A stretch of DNA of 64,000 nt from the human T2T-CHM13v2.0 reference genome, Homo sapiens, in the NCBI RefSeq assembly GCF_009914755.1, contig NC_060941.1. The stretch is one strand, 5' to 3'. Shown here piece by piece: positions 57,268-64,000 of this stretch. The position numbers and the translations under genes were made by a program. Every line of letters starts with the position of its first letter. Position 1 is the stretch's first letter. The notes beneath the pieces are model-generated. The model had not been told where the DNA came from. It made no database searches and saw only the letters and a list, made by a program, of their open reading frames with translations.

Positions 57268-60200
57268 TATCTGTCTATGATTTCTTTCAACAGTGTTTTG
57301 TAGTTTTCCTTGTAGAGGTCTTTTGACTCCTTTGTTAGGTATATTCCTAAGTATTTTATGTTTTTTGCGGCTATTTTAAAAGGGGTTGAGTTCTTGATTT
57401 GATTCTCCAACTCACCATTGGAGTATAAAAGAGCTACTGACTTGTGTACATTAATCTTGTATCTGGACACTGCTGAATTATCAGTTCTAGGAGCTTTCTG
57501 GAGGAGTGCTTAGGGTTTTCAAGGTAAATGATCATATCATCAGCAAACAGGGACAGTTTGATTTCCTCCTTACCAGTTTGGATGCCCTTTATTTCTTTCT
57601 CTTGTCGATGGCTCTGGCTAGGACTTCCAGTACTATGTTGAAGAGGAGTGGTGAGAGTGGGCCTCCTTGTCTTGTTCCCGTCCTGAGAGGGAAAGCTTTC
57701 AACTCTTCCCCATTTGGTATTACATTGGCTGTGGGTTTGTCATAGATGGCTTTTATTATGTTAAGGTATGTCCTTTGTTTGCGGATTTTGCTGAGGGTTT
57801 TAATCATAAGGGGATGCTGGATTTTGTCAAATGCTTTTTCTGCATCTATTGAGATGATCATGTGGTTTTTGTTTTTAATTCTGTTTATGTGGTGTATCAC
57901 ATTTATTGACTTGTGTATGTTAAACCATCCTTGCATCCCTGGTATGAAAGAAACCCACTTGATCATGGTGGAGTATCTTTTTGATATGTGGTTGGATTCG
58001 GTTAGCTAGTATTTTATTAAGGATTTTAGCTTCTATGTTCATCAAGGATATTAGTCTGTAGTTTTCTTTTTTGATTGTGTCCTTTCCTGGTTTGGGTATT
58101 ACGGTGATGCTGGCTTCATAGAATGAATTAGGGAGGGTTCTTTCTTCCTCTATCTTGTGGAATGGTGTCAAAATGATTGGTACCAATTCTTCTTTGAATG
58201 TCTGGTAGAATTCTGCTGTGAATTCATCTGGTCCTGGATTTTTTTGTTGTTGGTAATTTTTTAATTACCATTTCAATCTCACTGCTTGTTATTGGTCTGT
58301 TCAGGGTATCTAATTCTTCCTGATTTAAGCTAGGAGGGTTGTATTTTTCCAGGAATTTATCCATCTCTTCTAGGTTTTCTAGTTTATGTGTATAAAGGTG
58401 TTCATAGTAGCCTTGAATGATCTTTTGTATTTCAGTGGTGTCAGTTGTAATATCTCCTGTTTCATTTCTCATTGAGGTTATTTGGATTTTCTCTCTTCTT
58501 TTCTTGGTTAATCTTGCTAATGGTCTATCAATTTTATTTATCTTTTCAAAGAACCAGCTTTCTGTTTCATTTCTCTTTTGAATTTTTTTTGTTTCAATTT
58601 CATTTCATTCTACTCTGATCTTGGTTATTTCCTTTCTTCTTCTGGGTTTGGGTTTGGTTTGTTCTTGTTTCTCTAGTTCCTTGAAGTGTGACTTTAGATT
58701 GTCTTTTTGTGCTCTTTCAGACTTTTTGATGCACCTAACACCGGAGCTCCCAAATTTATAAAACAATTACTAATAGACCTAAGAAATGAGATAGACAGCA
58801 ACACCATAATAGTGGAGGACTTCAGTACTCCACTGACAGCATTAGACAGGTCATCTAGACAGAAAGTCAACAAAGAAGCAATGGATTTAAACTATGTTCA
58901 GGAACAAATGGACTTAACAGATACATACAGAACATTTCATCCAACAACTGCAGAATACACATTCTATTCAACAATGCATGGAACTTTCTCTAAGATAGAC
59001 CATATGATAGGCCATAAAATGAGCCTCAATAAATTTAAGAAAATTGAAATTATATTAAGCACTCTCTCAGAGCACAGTGGAATAAAACTGGAAATGAATG
59101 CCAAAAGGAACCTTCAAAACCACACAAATACATGGAAATTAAATAACCTGCTCCTGAATCAGCATTGAGTCAAAAAATGAAATAAAGATGGAAATTTTAA
59201 AATTCTTCAAACTGAATGAAAATAATGACACAACCTATCAGAACCTCTGGGATACAGCTAAGGCAGTGCTAAGAGGAAAATTCATAGCCCTAAACACCTA
59301 CATCAAAAAGTCAGCAGCAAAGTACCCTTGAAGAGGGTCTAGCAGGCAACTGGAGAGATCCAAGTGCCTTATTCATCCCTTGACTTGGGGTTTTATATAT
59401 TGACATGATTTGGGTGGTTTGTGTTTCTTCTCCCCAGTTCTTCTCTTAGGGATGGCTATCTGCATGCACAGCAGCCTGCCAGCACTTAAGAATGTGCAGT
59501 TTGCATGTGCAGTGTGCATGTGCAGTGTGTTTACTGAAGCTGTACACATGCTAACTTGAGGCATTTTTCCCTTACCAGTTGAACATCACCAGAGGAAGAT
59601 CATATACTGGTTAAACTCTGCCATTTTGCCTCTTAGTGAGCATGCTTGAGCCTGCTCACCCAACTTCTGAGATCTTATCCGGAAGCTGCTGATCGCCAGC
59701 TTCAGGTGTTTTCTATCCACTGGGAGACTGTTTCTCTGGTGCCAGCTGTGACCTATTGTCATTTTAGACAGTTTAACAACCGCCTGACCATCACTTGATG
59801 GTCACTTGACCCTCGTGGGCAGGGGCCCTCTCCTACCCTGCTCATGTCTGCCTAACCACCTACTCTGATAGATTCTTCTCTGTGTCCCCTGTGTCTTCAG
59901 AGAGAAGGAAGCCCCTTTGCTCTGGGTATAGGGAGGTCACTTCTCACATGAGGATCTTGTGATCTGCTTCAGGACAGAAGGGTAGAAAAGGAAAGTCAGA
60001 GAGACCTTCCTGCTTCTGCTGTTTTCTCAAATGCCATGGTGCCATATTTTGGGATAGTGTGTCCTGAACTCCATCAGCTGCTTCCTTCCAACCCTGATAA
60101 TTACTCAATTACATGTTCTGGAATCCCCTCCAGTCTCACCAAGAGAGGAACACGACTAGTAGTTGCCAGTTTGTTTTTCCTGGGCCCTGTGGTCACATCT

Positions 60201-61344
60201 GTTGCAGGTTACCATTGTCTTCCCCTGTTGACTTGGAGCTCTGGTAAACCTCCTTCCTCGAACCCAGTCTCCCTCTTCTTCAGCCCTCTATTAGGTTGCT
60301 GTTACAACAGCCTAGTTGCCTTGATATGCAGCAGCCTCTGCTGTCTCGATGTGACTGTTGATACAAAGTAGCTTTCATTTCTAGTTCTTATCAGTTTGCT
60401 CCTCAATCTTAAGAGTGTTTTCCCTGGGAGTAAACCAAGTCTCCTTCCAGCCTTGGAAGGAGGATATGAAGGTTGAGAGTTTGAGTTTACCATACAGAAA
60501 TGTGCAGGGAGGCTCTGTGCAGGCCCACCCCTAGATGGCTTGCCTGGTGGGCCCCTAAATGTTATATCTGCATCACAGAAGGACTCTGCAAATGAGCTTC
60601 TCTTTCTGATTATTTAACCTACCTTTTCAGTGATCTTAGCAATTACTTATGAGCTCTTTTACTTTTTTCAGTTTTGTCTGTTTTATTAAATCAAAAAAAT
60701 GTGTGATCTTTTACACTGATCATAGGCCTAGACCAAATCTAGATGGAAGAAAGATTTTTAAAGCCTTTGGATATTTAGGAGTATAATTTTCCAACTTAAT
60801 TGGAGTTGATATCTCAGTGCCATATGCAACAGGGAAATTACTAAGGAAAGTGTTGAGATTATTCCTCTTAAAATTATTTCTGTGTTAGCATCTACACTTT
60901 GCAGATATAGATATTTTTATATTTAGCTCCTTTCTCTTCCTGGTTTTATAAGGTAATGCACATAAGCAACTGAAATAGTGTCTGACATGTGCTAAGTGGG
61001 CAATAAATGTTAGCTATTAAAGCATTCTGCGCTGCTGTTTAGATGAGAAGGCAGAGGCGAGAAGACTTAGGAACAGTTCCTTTCTTGTGTTTACATTGTT
61101 CCTAGAAGAAATTAAACATGTGTGCAAATCACCCAGCCAGGGATGAATATGTGTCCCAGGGAGGCTTGTGTCTGCTGTTTGTTCATTTTCAGGATCCTTG
61201 TACTCAGGAAACAATGTGGAGTCTCCCCTAGGTTGGCAGTCACAGCCTCTCTCTGAAGTGTGAAAGGCCACATGATTCATCTCTACGACCCTCAGTGGTC
61301 AATGATAAGGAAATGTTAATGCCAGTTCTTAAAGAGCTTAAGAG

Positions 61345-61663
<319 letters not shown>

Positions 61664-63269
61664 TAAAGAGCTTTCCATGTCAAAGTCTATCTTGGGAACT
61701 GACCAGCTGCCTCCTACCCATAAGAAGATGCCTTCGAAACCTCATTTTTTCATCTAGCACTGCCCATTTTTTGAGCGTGAGAAAGTCTCTAATTGAATAA
61801 TGCAGACTAAATACCATTATCTAATTGTTAATGTGTTTAATATCAGCAGGGTTATTTACACCAGCATTTTTTAGAGGAGTTGGTCACTTGATCACATTTC
61901 TTAATTTGGAAGACTATTGTTCCCCCTACTCCATCTTCTCCCTGCCCCTAGTAAGCGAAAAGAGATGCATGTGGACATGTGTTCCAGGGGCAGGTGCATC
62001 CTGCTTAGTAGGAAGAGGCCATCTGGAAACACTAGGCCAGATGTTGGAATCTGCATGGTTAAAACACAACTAAATGAATGATAATATACTAGACATTTAA
62101 TACCACCCAGTTCCATTTTCTTTCTTATTTGTAGTAATAAGCATGGAGTACTGTGCACCCAAAGAGATGAAGGTAGATTTCATTTATACACTCTGGTGTG
62201 GAATGGCTCTGTCCAGACCCAGGGCCCCTGGGTGCCCACCTTGGGTTCTTCTCAGAATAGCCCTTTTATCTTAGACCACAATGTGTGCACCTCCCTAGAG
62301 GTGAGAATTTCCCATCACATGTGTTAGATGTTGCAGAACACGTCCCGGGAGGCTGGCAGTGGTTTCTTCTCCCATTCACAGCTAAGGGGTTTCCAGAAGG
62401 GGGATGCAAGCAGCTGATGTTCTCCAAAATTCTAGCAACTGTAAACTGAGCATACTCAGGGGGACGGGTTGCCAGTCATATTTCCTTTTGCCCGGTACTT
62501 TGCCACCAGCAGATTCTAAAATGCTGCATTTCCAGCCACATCCCAGAACACTTTTAGCTCAGTTTCACAATTCCTTTAAAAAAAAAAAAATCACTAAGTT
62601 CTTATGCCCCTGCCCCCTCTTCCCTTTGGGCTCGAGGTTCTTTCCCCCAGCTGCTGCTGCACTGAGATAAGGCTGTGGTATTTTCCCTGCTATTCCACAA
62701 TCATACATTATCATAAGAAAGTGCCAGGCATCCATCAGCCCACAGCCCCTGATTTATGCTCAAAGTTGGGATTATCTATTCTGTGCCAAATCCCTTCAAA
62801 CGGCCAACCTGATCAAAGAGAATCACATCCACCAGATAAAATTCGAATATAGCTCCATGCAATAGAATGACAGGCAGGAATTTTTTTTTAATCTCCAAAC
62901 TGCTTCAACCTCCTCATTTTGTCAGGAATTGTTCTTTATCCACAGTGCAGAACACGCTGAGCAACCTTATTGTCCTTCCTGCATCCTTCCCGCTGGGTTC
63001 TGAGTGGGGAGCCATTTATGGAGTTTGCTCTTGGGGTAGGAGTCATTGTCCACCAATAATTCCCTGCCTGCAGCTTGCAGCAACCAAGTCTAGCTCAGCC
63101 CAGAGCCAGGTAGAGGAGAAACATTACAGTACATGGATCAGTCTGACTTAACAACCAGTTGCTAACTATGACAGTGTGTAACCGGGAGAAAGCCAAGATT
63201 AGAAAGCAGTGTCTTTAATGCTGGGGACCATCTCAGTGACTAAATTAAATTGAATATCCTCTAAATCCA

Positions 63270-63400
63270 ATCATTCAGTTCATTCACTCAGCAAATATTT
63301 ATTGAATGCCTTATATGCAAGGCTTTGTTGAACCCAAGAAGTATAGCATCAAGGAACTTGATATCTAGAAAGAAAAGACGTACCCGGGTTATAAAATAAA
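63270..63400 (-). mobile_element. L2 3' fragment
   Basis: TCATTCAGTTCATTCACTCAGCAAATATTTATTGAATGCC...TCAAGGAACTT. Confidence 0.7.
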
Positions 63401-64000
63401 TAAAGCATAGCAGAGATCTCTAGTTCGAAAGAGGAATCTGAGCCCCATGAACTCAACTACACCTTCCTCCCACCTTCCACCCCAAATTCCTAGTGAATTG
63501 ACCAAAGAATCTAGCGTAGAATTTAGAGGGAAATCCACATCACTACTGGAAACTAAGAAAGGATTGTATCCACTGCCAGAAACCTTGAGGGATTTCTAGA
63601 AAATATAAAGCAGGTAAGTCTAGATGAAGGTAAGAGCTTATTAACACGCAGGTCACCACATTTGGAGGGCAAATGTACTAAAAGATGAAAGAAAAGAGGA
63701 AACCTCACAAGGCAAAATAAACCACAGAGAAATTGGCTGGAAGTAAGAAGGGAGAGTAGACAACCCAACACACTCCGAGTCCATCCATCTCCCAATACCA
63801 AATAGGACCTATGAAGCCTGGAGAAAAATCACCAAACAGGAAGCATGCAGTTCTATTTCAAAAGCTAGAAGGCAATCCAAAGGCACAAGAGTCTAGTGTT
63901 CTTTTTGCAACAGATTTCCTGGGAGAAATACAATAAAAATTCACAATTTTGAAAACTTATACCTCCAATAATAGAATTTTATAGGAAGTTATATCTCTGA

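Noticed and set aside
58707-59168. 153-aa endonuclease-like ORF as an independent gene
   Set aside because: It is the inverted L1 ORF2 fragment. It lacks the N-terminus and starts across the inversion junction.

Overview
This is 64 kb of primate (probably human or ape) non-coding genomic DNA, judged from the AluY/AluS/AluJ, L1PA/L1PB and MER/LTR families present. I found no intact protein-coding gene, RNA gene or CRISPR array. The ORFs I could recognise in the supplied track are Alu, L1, ERV or pseudogene translations, and the rest look like chance ORFs. Main content: (1) an old L1MB-type LINE at about 0.5-6.3 kb, carrying nested Alus and an L1MA fragment; (2) a degenerate minus-strand ERV-L provirus at 21.6-25.7 kb with a recognisable tRNA-Leu PBS, protease, RT, RNase H, integrase, dUTPase and PPT, but almost no gag; (3) a processed RPL23A pseudogene at 35.7-36.2 kb; (4) a four-level nested stack, MER31 > MER50 > 5'-inverted L1PB1 > Alu, at 54.8-60.1 kb; and (5) many Alus, solo LTRs, hAT/Tigger MITEs and MIR/L2 relics. 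The structure least explained by repeats is a ~132-bp, ~92% identical inverted repeat (28201-28332 / 29101-29231) with a fold-back junction. Other candidates are a consensus CTCF site in CpG-retaining unique DNA at 14.7 kb, a 52-bp tandem duplication, and possible non-coding exons at 50.5-51.3 kb. I see no convincing new biological system. Repeat subfamily names come from remembered consensus sequences, and boundaries without a TSD are approximate; both need RepeatMasker/Dfam confirmation.
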